From Clostridia bacterium (GTDB lineage Bacteria > Bacillota > Clostridia > Saccharofermentanales > Saccharofermentanaceae): a DNA stretch of 64,000 bases. This document shows, piece by piece, positions 26,117-35,666 of the stretch (its first letter is position 1; each line of letters starts with the position of its first letter). The notes beneath the pieces were generated by a model. It did no database searches. It had not been told where the DNA came from and saw nothing but the letters and a program-made list of their open reading frames with translations. The stretch is taken from assembly GCA_024403735.1 (NCBI GenBank), contig JAKSRG010000007.1:19430-83429 (forward strand). Reading direction: 5' to 3'. Both the position numbers and the translations under genes were made by a program.

Positions 26117-26758
26117 ATGAGAGAACTATTTGAATTGTATTTCGCTTTTTTCAGAATTGGCGGCTTAACATTTGGTGGCGGTCTTACGATGCTCCCAATG
26201 CTCAAACACGAGTTAGTCGAGAAGAAGAACTGGGTTACAGAAGAGGAGCTTCTTGATTATTACGCAGTAGGTCAGTGCACTCCAGGTATCATTGCAGTTA
26301 ATGTTTCTACTTTTATTGGTTATAAGAGAAGAAATATCATCGGATCAATTTTCTCCACGCTTGGCATGATCAGCCCATCGCTCATCATCGTATCGATCCT
26401 TGCGATGTTCCTTGAGCAGTTCATGAGTAATCAGACTGTGGCTCATGCGGTTGGTGGAATTAAGATTGTTGTGTGCGCGCTTATGCTTTGTACAGTTGTG
26501 ACTATGGCGAAAAAGACCGTTAAGAATGTACTCGCTGCAATCATCTGCGGTGTAGCGTGCCTGATGTCACTATTTACACCAGTTCCTACAGTGCTACTTG
26601 TTATTGCAGCTGCAATTGTAGGTATCATTGTTCTCAAGATTGGTGAGCATAAAAAGGCTAGCGTTAGCGAAGCGGCTACTAAGGGCGGTGCCAACAACGG
26701 CGCAGCTGTAGCTGACAAAGACGCTAACTCTGGCGACAACAAAGGAGGGCAGAAATAA
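26117..26758 (+). CDS. chrA: chromate transporter family protein (short ChrA, first of pair)
   Basis: FRIGGLTFGGGLTMLPML plus a polytopic profile. The stop overlaps the next start (ATAATG). Confidence 0.85.
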   Translation: MRELFELYFAFFRIGGLTFGGGLTMLPMLKHELVEKKNWVTEEELLDYYAVGQCTPGIIAVNVSTFIGYKRRNIIGSIFSTLGMISPSLIIVSILAMFLEQFMSNQTVAHAVGGIKIVVCALMLCTVVTMAKKTVKNVLAAIICGVACLMSLFTPVPTVLLVIAAAIVGIIVLKIGEHKKASVSEAATKGGANNGAAVADKDANSGDNKGGQK

Positions 26759-27312
26759 TGGTCTTCCTTGAATTATTTATTGAATTCTTCCAGATTGGAC
26801 TATTTGCTATTGGTGGTGGTCCAGCTACAATTCCATTCCTTATGGATATTCCTACACGTCGTGATTGGTATGAGGTCGCTGACGTAACAAATATGCTCGC
26901 AGTTAGTGAGAGTACGCCGGGACCGATTGGTATTAATATGGCGACTTATGCTGGATTCAAGGCGGCTGGTTTTCTAGGTGGAATAGTTGCGACATTCTCG
27001 CTCGTACTTCCTAGCCTTATCGTAATCGTGCTCATCGCGAAGATCCTCGATAAATTTAGTAAGAATAAGTACATCCAGTCTTCATTCGGCACAATCCGTC
27101 CAGCTGTAACAGGTCTTATCGCGACTGCGGTTATTGGAATTTTCCAGACAGCGATCTTCACAGGCGCAGAAGGAAAGTTCGTATTCCCAATTTTTAGCGT
27201 TGTCCTATGTGTGCTATTTTTTGTGCTCATGAATGTTAAGAAGCTCAAGAAGCTTCACCCAGCATTCTGGATTTTGTGCGGTGCGATAATTGGTATTGTA
27301 TTTAAGTTGTAA
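26758..27312 (+). CDS. chrA: chromate transporter family protein (short ChrA, second of pair)
   Basis: FQIGLFAIGGGPATIPFL plus a polytopic profile. Confidence 0.85.
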   Translation: MVFLELFIEFFQIGLFAIGGGPATIPFLMDIPTRRDWYEVADVTNMLAVSESTPGPIGINMATYAGFKAAGFLGGIVATFSLVLPSLIVIVLIAKILDKFSKNKYIQSSFGTIRPAVTGLIATAVIGIFQTAIFTGAEGKFVFPIFSVVLCVLFFVLMNVKKLKKLHPAFWILCGAIIGIVFKL

Positions 27313-27317
27313 TTAAT

Positions 27318-27357
27318 AAGCCTTCGAGTTCAGGAATGAGCTCGGAGGCTTTAATTT
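27318..27357 (+). terminator. intrinsic terminator
   Basis: AAGCCTTCGAG / CTCGGAGGCTT form the stem, followed by a T-rich tail. Confidence 0.7.
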
Positions 27358-27407
27358 TGGCTTTTCACGTTTTTGGGGTGAATGCTGTTCTTAGTACTGC
27401 GTCTGCT

Positions 27408-27625
27408 TAAACACCCTCTCAGTACAAATATTTGATAGTATCTGCGAAAAATTTGTACTGATATTTGTACTGGAGCGCCCTAAATACCCTCTCAGTACAA
27501 ATATTTGATAGTATCTGCGGAAAATTTGTACTGATATTTGTACTGGAGCGCCTAAACACCCTCTCAGTACAAATATTTGATAGTATCCGCGAAAAGTTTG
27601 TACTGATATTTGTACTGGAGCGCTT
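27408..27625. repeat. three tandem 72-73-bp repeats, each containing a 12-bp perfect inverted repeat
   Basis: Units start at 27408, 27481 and 27553. Each carries CAGTACAAATAT-N29-ATATTTGTACTG. Confidence 0.9.
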
Positions 27626-27688
27626 GGAGCGCAGACAATACTTAGCGTCCAATTTCCCAAGTTTCCGTGAAGAACCTTAATTTTTCAA

Positions 27689-28405
27689 TTATCTTACAAT
27701 CTCACACTTGATAAGTACTACGCCGTCACGCTTGATTGCGAAGATTTCTTTATCATCAATCACGTCCTTGCAGATAGACAAAACGTCGTGCTCGACTGCC
27801 TGACCAGCGTACTGAATCTCGAGCTCCCTAATAGGCTTCTCGATAAGGTCCTTAACTTCGTAAGTGTTCAGGATGAACTTAGGGTACTCCTTGTTGTTAG
27901 TGTGCTGGAGATAGTCGATGTTCGTGTATTTAATCTTCACAGTGTCAATCTCAGGGAGCTCATTTTTAGGGAAACGAGTGAATTGGAGCTTGGATAGTGG
28001 CTCATGAATCTCGAAGTCCTCGCCGACGCCTACTGTATCAACCTTGCGAATTTTGCCTGTATCGAGATCAAGGCTCACGGCTTCGACCTTAGCATATGAA
28101 CACAAATCACCATCGCTGTTACGGATAGCGACATCAATCTGCATCGAAGCGACAGACTTCTTACTAAAGAAAGCAGACGCGCTATAGCTCGCCTTCCACT
28201 CAATCGGCTTAATCATCTCGATACGTGTCTTGAGGAACACCCAGCAGGCGTTGAACTTCTCAGCTACAGTGAAGCCGTCGATCCCGAGTTCGCCGTATAG
28301 CTCAGTTACGCATTCTTCGACCGTCTCGAAAACACCCACTACAGACAAATATGATGTTGCATCCATCTTGGATGACGTTACTGTGAAATCTTTTGTATAT
28401 ATCAT
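27689..28405 (-). CDS. acyl-ACP thioesterase family protein
   Basis: The track ORF runs to 28501. I prefer ATG 28405, with AGGGAG upstream. It is about 238 aa with a double hot-dog style layout (MIYTKDFTVTSSKMD...YTNIDYLQHTNNKEY). Confidence 0.7.
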   Translation of the reverse strand: MIYTKDFTVTSSKMDATSYLSVVGVFETVEECVTELYGELGIDGFTVAEKFNACWVFLKTRIEMIKPIEWKASYSASAFFSKKSVASMQIDVAIRNSDGDLCSYAKVEAVSLDLDTGKIRKVDTVGVGEDFEIHEPLSKLQFTRFPKNELPEIDTVKIKYTNIDYLQHTNNKEYPKFILNTYEVKDLIEKPIRELEIQYAGQAVEHDVLSICKDVIDDKEIFAIKRDGVVLIKCEIVR

Positions 28406-28585
28406 GATTAATCTCCCTTGCGTCCTATTCCAGTCGAGATTATACAACAAATGGACTTCGCGAACATATCCAATTGAATTATCAGTTTTACACGATTGCA
28501 TAATTATGCTGCTGATGAGTTCTTTTTCTTATGTGATATAATCGCTCTGTAACACTATGTGACATTTGTTTATAAGGATTATCGT

Positions 28586-30145
28586 ATGAAGATTTTTAAT
28601 AAATTATTAGTTGGAATTCTCGTACTTGCCATCGTAGCTGGAATGGCTGGATGTGTTAAGGAGACTCCAGCTGAGACAGTAGCGACTGCTGATGGTACTA
28701 CAGAGACAATTGCTACTGAGACAACAGTAGCCGAGACTACTATCGCTGTTGAGAGTACTGATGTTACTGAAGCATCTATCGAGGGAGCTGACCAGGAACT
28801 TCCAATTACTGATGCGAATGGCGCGAAAACAATCGACGGATTAACATTCGAGACAATGTACGGCAGCCAGCTCATTAATTACTTAAATCACCAGTACTAC
28901 TTTGATGACATCAAAATTCCAAAGGCAGAAGCAAATTTCTATTTCATTCATGCTTTTAAAGAAATCTCAAGAGAAGCTTCAGTGCTTGGTTATTATCCAG
29001 TAACTAGCGAAGGTTATGTTGATTTGTCCTATCCGTTCGTTAATGGTCAGATAGGTAATTTCTCTTTTGATACATTTGGAGATTACTTTAGAGAGTACTC
29101 AGAGAATATGATCTTGAGTACTTATATCGTTATTAGTCTTGCCAATGAACAGGGTGTTTTCCTGTCAGATGAGACAGTTGCAGAGATTGATGATTACATG
29201 GTTATCCTTGATCAGACAGCTAGTGCATATGGTCTTACATTAGATGAGTACCTTGCGATTTTCTATGGACCAGATATGGATAAGGATACATTCCGTGGAA
29301 TACTCGATCGCTATTATTTGTCTACACTTTATTCAGAAGAATATGTTGCGAATTATGTTTTCGATGACGAGGAATTATATGCTCCTAGAATTTGCCACGC
29401 GCTCTTCTTGGCGTTGGAGGGTACTTCATCTGAGGAGGATATGAATGTCGCACTCGAGGGAGCTCAGGTTATGCTCGAAGAATGCGAGAAGCCAGAAGAT
29501 ATCCTCACTATCGGTAACGCATTAATGTCTTCAGGCATTGTAATTCAGTGTGAAGAGTACAATGTTCAGAGCAGTTCAGTTCCTGAACTTGAGAGCCTCG
29601 TTAGCTGGGCATATGACCCTGAAAGACAGGTAGGCGACATGGATATTGTCCAGACTAGCTTTGGTTATAACGTAGTTGGATACTTGGGCGCCGACGAGCT
29701 TAGTGAAGAAGAGAAGAATAGTGTTGCGCTCTTGGCTCTTAATGATGAGATTGGTGCGATTGCTTTCTCTAAGGTGCACGAGTTCTATACAGAAGATGAG
29801 ATTATTACTCCTTCACCTGTTGGGACTGAGGAGCCTACAACAGTGGAGACTACAGAAATTAATCCATCTATTAATCTTGATGAAGACGGCAATATCGTAA
29901 TTGAGGACACTACACCTACAACTACAGTGCTCTCAGTTACTCCTACTCCACCAGTAGTAAGACCTAAGTTTAATGCTCTTAATATCACATCAATTGTAGT
30001 TGGTATCATCGCATTTATCCTTTCAGGTATTTTTATTGGTCTTTCAATTGCCAAGGGTAGAGAGAATGGCGAGTCTAAGTCCAAGGCTAAGGCTTCATCT
30101 GATAGCAAAGCAAAGTCAGACGATAAGACTAGCGACAAGGAATAA
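28586..30145 (+). CDS. PrsA/PpiC-like foldase-type lipoprotein with a C-terminal TM anchor (paralog A)
   Basis: The lipobox is AGMAGC. The parvulin-like end is ...ICHALFLA...GDMDIVQTSFGYNVVGYLG. The C-terminal TM is SIVVGIIAFILSGIFIGLSIA, followed by a charged tail. Confidence 0.7.
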   Translation: MKIFNKLLVGILVLAIVAGMAGCVKETPAETVATADGTTETIATETTVAETTIAVESTDVTEASIEGADQELPITDANGAKTIDGLTFETMYGSQLINYLNHQYYFDDIKIPKAEANFYFIHAFKEISREASVLGYYPVTSEGYVDLSYPFVNGQIGNFSFDTFGDYFREYSENMILSTYIVISLANEQGVFLSDETVAEIDDYMVILDQTASAYGLTLDEYLAIFYGPDMDKDTFRGILDRYYLSTLYSEEYVANYVFDDEELYAPRICHALFLALEGTSSEEDMNVALEGAQVMLEECEKPEDILTIGNALMSSGIVIQCEEYNVQSSSVPELESLVSWAYDPERQVGDMDIVQTSFGYNVVGYLGADELSEEEKNSVALLALNDEIGAIAFSKVHEFYTEDEIITPSPVGTEEPTTVETTEINPSINLDEDGNIVIEDTTPTTTVLSVTPTPPVVRPKFNALNITSIVVGIIAFILSGIFIGLSIAKGRENGESKSKAKASSDSKAKSDDKTSDKE

Positions 30146-30280
30146 GCTTTATTTAGGAACAGGCACAGAGGAATATGTGTTAGGGCGATAGGGGATAGGC
30201 CCAGAATGCACAAATTGTCATATCAGTGGATTATGTTATAATTGGTCTGTATGCCAATTTGGCTTGAAGGAGTTATATAT

Positions 30281-31783
30281 ATGAAGAATTTTAATAAATT
30301 TTTGGCTGGCACATGTGCGCTCGCTCTTATTATGAGCGTTGCTGGTTGTGCCAAGTCTGAAGTACCAGCAGAGACTTCTACAGATAATTCTAATGTTGAG
30401 ATTACTGTAGCAGTAGATATGACTGATGTTACTACAGTATCAGATGTAGTAGCTGAGGCTGCTGACGACGAGCTTCCAGTTACAAATGAGAAGGGTGAGA
30501 AAACAGTTGACGGCGCTACTTTCGAGACATTCTATGGTAGCCAGCTCGGTAGTTATCTTAACCATCAGTATTACTATGACGATGTTGCTATTCCAGTAGC
30601 TGAGGCAAACTTCTACTTTGTTCACCAGTTCACAGACCTTTCTAGACAGGCTTATATCTATGGATACTATCCACTTACTAGTGAAGGTTTTGTAGATCTT
30701 GCTTATGTGTTCACTAATGGTCAGCTCGAGACATTCTCATTCGATACTTTCGGTGATTACTTTAGAGAGTATGCAGAGAACCAGATCTTCAGTACATATA
30801 TCGTTCTTGATATGGCTGCTGAGGAAGGCGTAGTTCTCCCTGATGAGACATATGAAGAGATTGATAATTATGTAGCTGCAGTTACTGATATTGCTACTAG
30901 CTTTGGCCTCACACTTGATGAGTATCTCCATGTTATCTATGGTCCATCAATGAATGAGTCTGATTTCCGTGATGTCCTCGAGAGATATTACCTCTCAACA
31001 CTTTACACAGAATTGTATATCCAGAACTATGAGTTCACAGAAGAAGAGTTATATATTCCAAAGGTATGCCATTCATTGTTCATGGCTATGGAAGGCGTAG
31101 CTTCTGAGGAAGAAATGACAATCGCTCTTGAAGGTGCTGAAGCAATGCTCGCAGAGTGCACAACACCAGACGATATCGTACAAATGGGTAACACATTGTT
31201 CGCTTCAGGTACTGTAGCTGAGTGTGCTGAGTATACAGTTCAGAAGGGCCTTTTCGTTCCAAAGTTCGAGAACTGGGCATATGATCCAGAGAGACAGGTT
31301 GGCGATATGGGTATCGTTCAGACAAGCTATGGTTATCACGTAATGGGTTACCTTGGTCTCGAAGAAATTGATGATGATGCTAAGACGAATATCGCTTTGC
31401 AGGCACTTAACGATACAATCGGTGAGATTGCATTCTCAGATGTTCATAAGTTCTATACTCCAGATGAGATTATTGATCCTGAGCCAGTTGTTCCTACAGA
31501 TGATACAGATATTACAGTTGCTACTTCAGAAGTTAATCCTTCAATGAACCTCGATGAGGATGGCAACATTATTATCGATCAGCCAGCAGCAACTGAAGAG
31601 ACAACAATTCCTGTTACATCAGTTGATTCAAGTTCTTCATCTAAGCCTAAGAACACAACTGCAATTATCGCAATCGTTGCTGGTGTTATCGCACTCGGTG
31701 GTGCTGGATGCCTCGCAGTTACTTCTATGAAGGGTAAGAAGAACGACAGCAAGGATGAGAATTCTGGCGACAGCGAAGAATAA
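30281..31783 (+). CDS. PrsA/PpiC-like foldase-type lipoprotein with a C-terminal TM anchor (paralog B)
   Basis: ATG 30281 follows GAAGGAG. The lipobox is MSVAGC. It is collinear with 28586-30145 (...VCHSLFMA...GDMGIVQTSYGYHVMGYLG) and has a C-terminal TM. Confidence 0.7.
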   Translation: MKNFNKFLAGTCALALIMSVAGCAKSEVPAETSTDNSNVEITVAVDMTDVTTVSDVVAEAADDELPVTNEKGEKTVDGATFETFYGSQLGSYLNHQYYYDDVAIPVAEANFYFVHQFTDLSRQAYIYGYYPLTSEGFVDLAYVFTNGQLETFSFDTFGDYFREYAENQIFSTYIVLDMAAEEGVVLPDETYEEIDNYVAAVTDIATSFGLTLDEYLHVIYGPSMNESDFRDVLERYYLSTLYTELYIQNYEFTEEELYIPKVCHSLFMAMEGVASEEEMTIALEGAEAMLAECTTPDDIVQMGNTLFASGTVAECAEYTVQKGLFVPKFENWAYDPERQVGDMGIVQTSYGYHVMGYLGLEEIDDDAKTNIALQALNDTIGEIAFSDVHKFYTPDEIIDPEPVVPTDDTDITVATSEVNPSMNLDEDGNIIIDQPAATEETTIPVTSVDSSSSSKPKNTTAIIAIVAGVIALGGAGCLAVTSMKGKKNDSKDENSGDSEE

Positions 31784-31804
31784 GTAACTCATAGAGGAAG
31801 ATAA

Positions 31805-33355
31805 GTGAAAGCTTTTACTAAAACAAAACGTGAAAACGGTATTTCAAGGGCGATAATATTCGCCCTTGCTATTTTTGTGCAGCTTTTATGGATTTTGGGA
31901 TTTCTACTCTTTCTAAGTAGATACTTTCCATATGTATCAGTAGTCGCATCAGTAATCGCGCTCATCGTAGCGCTCGGCTTGTTCGGTAAGGACATGAACT
32001 CAGCGTTCAAGTTATCTTGGATGATACTAATCCTCGCATTCCCACTATTTGGACTGATGCTGTACTTCTTAACTGGTCACTCACGAATTGATAGAAGACA
32101 GATTAGAAGATTTAACGTTGTAGGTGAGAGAATTAGGGCGCTCGCTATGCAGGAAATCTCGGATGTCGATTATGGCGATATGGATTTATCCATTGTTAAC
32201 CAGTCCAAGTATATTTCGAATGTTGCTCAGTATAAGGCTCATCTAGGTAGTGACGTTAAGTATTTCCCAGATGCAGCTGAATGCTTCCGTTCAATGCTCA
32301 AGGATATTCGTGAAGCTAAGAAATTCATTTTCATGGAATACCATGCGATCGAGAACTGTGCGTATTTCGCTGAGCTCGCAGACGTATTGGAAGAGAAGTC
32401 TAAAAACGGCGTCGAGGTTCGTATTATCTATGACGACTTAGGAAGTCTCTTCTTTATCAACAAGAAATTCGCTGCAACTATGCAGAAACGCGGAATGGCC
32501 TGCAGAATTTTTAATCCAATCATGCCTACAATTAACGTCCTTATGAATAACCGTGATCATAGAAAGATTACAGTAATCGATGGAACAATTAGTTATACAG
32601 GTGGATTTAATCTCGCAGACGAGTACTTTAACCTCGTGTCACCTTATGGACATTGGAAAGATACTGGTGTCCGAATTGAGGGCCCAGCTTCCATTAATTT
32701 GACTACTATATTCCTTGAGATGTGGAATCAGATTGAGGCATCAGATAGCGAGGACCAGATTAAGCAGTTCCTTCGTGCATCTATTAAGGCTCAATCTTCT
32801 GATAAGACTAGCCTTGTTCAGCCTTTTGGCGATACACCTCTTGATACAGAGAATGTTGGCGAGAATATTTATCTTAATATCATCTCTGCGGCTAAGAAGT
32901 ATTTGTATATTTCTACTCCATATCTGATCATTGACGATGAGCTCGCATCAGCCTTGAAGCTCGCTGCAAGAAGAGGCGTTGATGTTCGAGTTATGATCCC
33001 TGAGATCCCAGATAAGAAGCTCGTTTATAAGTCCACCAAGTCTTATGCGACACTTCTTGCCAAGAATGGCGTTAAGATTTATAAGTACACACCTGGATTT
33101 AACCACGCAAAGCAGGTCGTTTGCGATGACGAGATTGCTTGCTGCGGTACAGTTAATTTCGACTACAGAAGTTTGTATTTCCATTTTGAGAACGGCGTGA
33201 TTTTCACGAACCCTGAAGCTGTTATGGATATGCGTAAAGATTTCGAGAGTGTTTTCGAGCAGTCCGAGGACGCTACAGAGAGCCTCAAGAACAGATTGTC
33301 GTTCAACACAGTTATCTACGATACAGTCCTAAGAATTATTTCGCCGCTTTTCTGA
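31805..33355 (+). CDS. cls: cardiolipin synthase (PLD superfamily)
   Basis: GTG start after AGAGGAAG. It has two N-terminal TM helices and two HKD motifs (HRKITVIDG and NHAKQVVCDD). Confidence 0.9.
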   Translation: MKAFTKTKRENGISRAIIFALAIFVQLLWILGFLLFLSRYFPYVSVVASVIALIVALGLFGKDMNSAFKLSWMILILAFPLFGLMLYFLTGHSRIDRRQIRRFNVVGERIRALAMQEISDVDYGDMDLSIVNQSKYISNVAQYKAHLGSDVKYFPDAAECFRSMLKDIREAKKFIFMEYHAIENCAYFAELADVLEEKSKNGVEVRIIYDDLGSLFFINKKFAATMQKRGMACRIFNPIMPTINVLMNNRDHRKITVIDGTISYTGGFNLADEYFNLVSPYGHWKDTGVRIEGPASINLTTIFLEMWNQIEASDSEDQIKQFLRASIKAQSSDKTSLVQPFGDTPLDTENVGENIYLNIISAAKKYLYISTPYLIIDDELASALKLAARRGVDVRVMIPEIPDKKLVYKSTKSYATLLAKNGVKIYKYTPGFNHAKQVVCDDEIACCGTVNFDYRSLYFHFENGVIFTNPEAVMDMRKDFESVFEQSEDATESLKNRLSFNTVIYDTVLRIISPLF

Positions 33356-34187
33356 TTGTCACGAAGCAATAGCCCAGGCCGTCCTCGCTGAGTGTAACTT
33401 CGCCATCGAAGTTAACAGGGACAGTGACAGCGTCTAGTGGCATTCGTCCGATGATGTAATCCTCGTATTCGTAGAATTTGTTAGGCTCATAAAGTTCCGC
33501 ATAGTCATCGAAAACAATCGAGTTGTCCTCAATTATCTTACTATGTGGGAGACCGACATATCTTATGTGCCATGGTTCGTACGCGAAGCCCGTGTAGTCC
33601 TGCATCGCATATGGATATCGGATTATGTAACCGTAGTCGTAGCAGTTCGAATTAACGAACTGACCTTCGTCAGACTTAATGAAAGCACCGCCACCGAAAT
33701 ACATAACGTATACATCCTGCGCGAGGCCTGTCTGATGTTCAGATGTCCCTGGCTGCGCAGCGATTGCTGGTCCTTCTTCCTCGAGCACGCGCACCTGATC
33801 TTCGTAACTTCTGTAGCTACTAGATACGTAGAGTGAGTTGTTGAATTTATTAGTGATAGCTGCGGATAGGCTAGAGTAGTCCTCGATTACGCACTCGTTC
33901 ATGAGGACGCCAGATGTTTTATATTCCACAACATTAGATGGGTAATCTTCTGAGATTGGATGAGCTTCGTTAACGAGGAGCAACGCCTGATTAGTAGGGT
34001 ACATGCTAGCCGCCTGCTCGAATGGGATAGTGATGGTCTCAATATCGCTGATACTAGTCTCCTTGAGCGGATTAGATCTGATACTTCTCGCGTGGACTGC
34101 CTTTGGCTGGAAATATAGGAACATACCAGCGAGCATAACGAAGATTATCGCGATACCTATGAATGCCTGAATAATAAACTTTTTCAT
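33336..34187 (-). CDS. VanY/M15B-family D-alanyl-D-alanine carboxypeptidase
   Basis: Motifs are SEHQTGLAQDV and EPWHIRYVG, with an N-terminal membrane anchor. The start is one of the TTG/ATG/ATG codons at 34193, 34190 and 34187. 34187 has the best spacing to GGGAGG. The 3' end overlaps cls by 20 nt (convergent). Confidence 0.85.
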   Translation of the reverse strand: MKKFIIQAFIGIAIIFVMLAGMFLYFQPKAVHARSIRSNPLKETSISDIETITIPFEQAASMYPTNQALLLVNEAHPISEDYPSNVVEYKTSGVLMNECVIEDYSSLSAAITNKFNNSLYVSSSYRSYEDQVRVLEEEGPAIAAQPGTSEHQTGLAQDVYVMYFGGGAFIKSDEGQFVNSNCYDYGYIIRYPYAMQDYTGFAYEPWHIRYVGLPHSKIIEDNSIVFDDYAELYEPNKFYEYEDYIIGRMPLDAVTVPVNFDGEVTLSEDGLGYCFVTIRKAAK

Positions 34188-34232
34188 CATCAACCTCCCG
34201 TTGTGATACTATATTACTATAATTGACGCGGG

Positions 34233-35666
34233 ATGGATAAAATGTGTTTCACTACTTCACAGTTTGAATATCTTAAGAAGCTTTCCAAGTTGGATTTTAG
34301 TCCCAACGAGGAGGCTCGTATGCGCGCTGAACTCGAGACATTCATTAATTATTTGGATGTGATCAGGAGTTACGACTTTGGCACGATTACTAATATTAGT
34401 GAGAATTCAGCGAGCTTTATTAACGCTAAGGTAGAAGAGCGCTCATATGCTCCAATTAGTTACACTAAGCCATCACGAACACACGTGAACTCAGATATCT
34501 ACAATGTTTTTATGGACGAACCAGATTTGTCCCTAGGCGACAAAGCAATCGCAGTTAAGGACAACATCTTGATTAAAGGCATGAAGGCCACTGCTGGCTC
34601 CAATATGCTCCGCGACTATGTTGCTACATATGACGCAGATGTCATCACCAAACTTAAGGCTGCTGGCTATACTTTCGCTGGTAAGACCAACATGGACGAG
34701 TTCGCTATGGGATTTGATTCCAGTACGAGCTATAAGGGCAGGGTACTTAATCCACTAGATACCACTCGTAGTGCAGGTGGATCGTCAGGCGGTTCAGCTG
34801 CCGCAGTTGCTGCTGGTCTTACAAAGCTAGCGCTAGGTAGTGACACTGGTGGATCAATCTTGCAGCCTGCTTCATACATGGGATTGGTCGGCCTAAGGTG
34901 CGCAGGTACCGTATCAAGACAGGGCCTCATATCCTATGCGTCTTCTATTGATACTATTGGCCCAATTACTACGAATGTTGATGATTGTGTGACCATCTAT
35001 AAAACAATCTGCGATGAAGAATTCATTCCGTCAGAACCTCAGACAGAGGCCACTTCAGGAATAAATCCTGGCGACTGCGAGATTTGGGTTCCAGATAATC
35101 TTTTGGTGCTGTCAGCTAATAAAGACGTTATACTTAACGCTGCTTATAACCTCGGAGGAGGTAAAGTAGTTCATTTTGACATGCCATTTGTTGATGAACT
35201 TGTGGCTAGTTACTATGTAGTGACATGCGCGCTCGCGAGTTCTAATCTCGCTAGATATGATGAAGACCGCTATATGAGTAGAGATGAAGGGTTCGGCTTC
35301 GAGGTCAAGAAGCGAATTCTCCTCGGTAACTTTGTCCTCTCCCATGGCTTCTACGATGACTATTTTAGGAAGGCATATGAGATACGTAAGGCAGTTACTG
35401 GAATTGTTAATGAAATTGCTAGCGGCAATCGCTATATCGTGATGCCAGTAACTAAGACTACAGCGCCACTCATTACTGATCTCGACGCGCCTCTTCGAAA
35501 ATACACCGACGATGTTTTCACATGCTGGGCTGACAAAGCTATCACGGTGCCTTGTGGCAATGACGAAGTTGGTCTTCCTGTTGGACTTCAGATTGTATCT
35601 TCTAATATTTCAGGAATGTTAGGCCTCGCTAAGCATATCGAGGATATGGTAGGAGGGTTCTTCTGA
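34233..35666 (+). CDS. gatA: Glu/Asp-tRNA amidotransferase subunit A with an N-terminal GatC-like segment (GatC-GatA fusion)
   Basis: The amidase signature is GGSSGGSAAAVAAG...GSDTGGSILQPAS, with the catalytic Lys in AVKDNI. The first ~50 aa (FEYLKKLSKLDFSPNEEARMRAELETFINYLDVIRSYDFG) follow the GatC pattern. Confidence 0.8.
   Translation: MDKMCFTTSQFEYLKKLSKLDFSPNEEARMRAELETFINYLDVIRSYDFGTITNISENSASFINAKVEERSYAPISYTKPSRTHVNSDIYNVFMDEPDLSLGDKAIAVKDNILIKGMKATAGSNMLRDYVATYDADVITKLKAAGYTFAGKTNMDEFAMGFDSSTSYKGRVLNPLDTTRSAGGSSGGSAAAVAAGLTKLALGSDTGGSILQPASYMGLVGLRCAGTVSRQGLISYASSIDTIGPITTNVDDCVTIYKTICDEEFIPSEPQTEATSGINPGDCEIWVPDNLLVLSANKDVILNAAYNLGGGKVVHFDMPFVDELVASYYVVTCALASSNLARYDEDRYMSRDEGFGFEVKKRILLGNFVLSHGFYDDYFRKAYEIRKAVTGIVNEIASGNRYIVMPVTKTTAPLITDLDAPLRKYTDDVFTCWADKAITVPCGNDEVGLPVGLQIVSSNISGMLGLAKHIEDMVGGFF

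Noticed and set aside
26117-27312. chrA split into two ORFs as a sign of a pseudogene or frameshift
   Set aside because: Each half has its own conserved CHR-domain N-terminal motif (FGGGLTMLPML and GGGPATIPFL). The genes overlap by ATAATG coupling. Paired short ChrA genes are a known arrangement.
27391-27680. Three overlapping ORFs (27391-27660 minus, 27419-27652 minus, 27465-27680 plus) with internally repetitive peptides
   Set aside because: The open frames are a by-product of the 72-73-bp tandem repeats. They have no RBS, and the periodic peptides mirror the DNA repeat.
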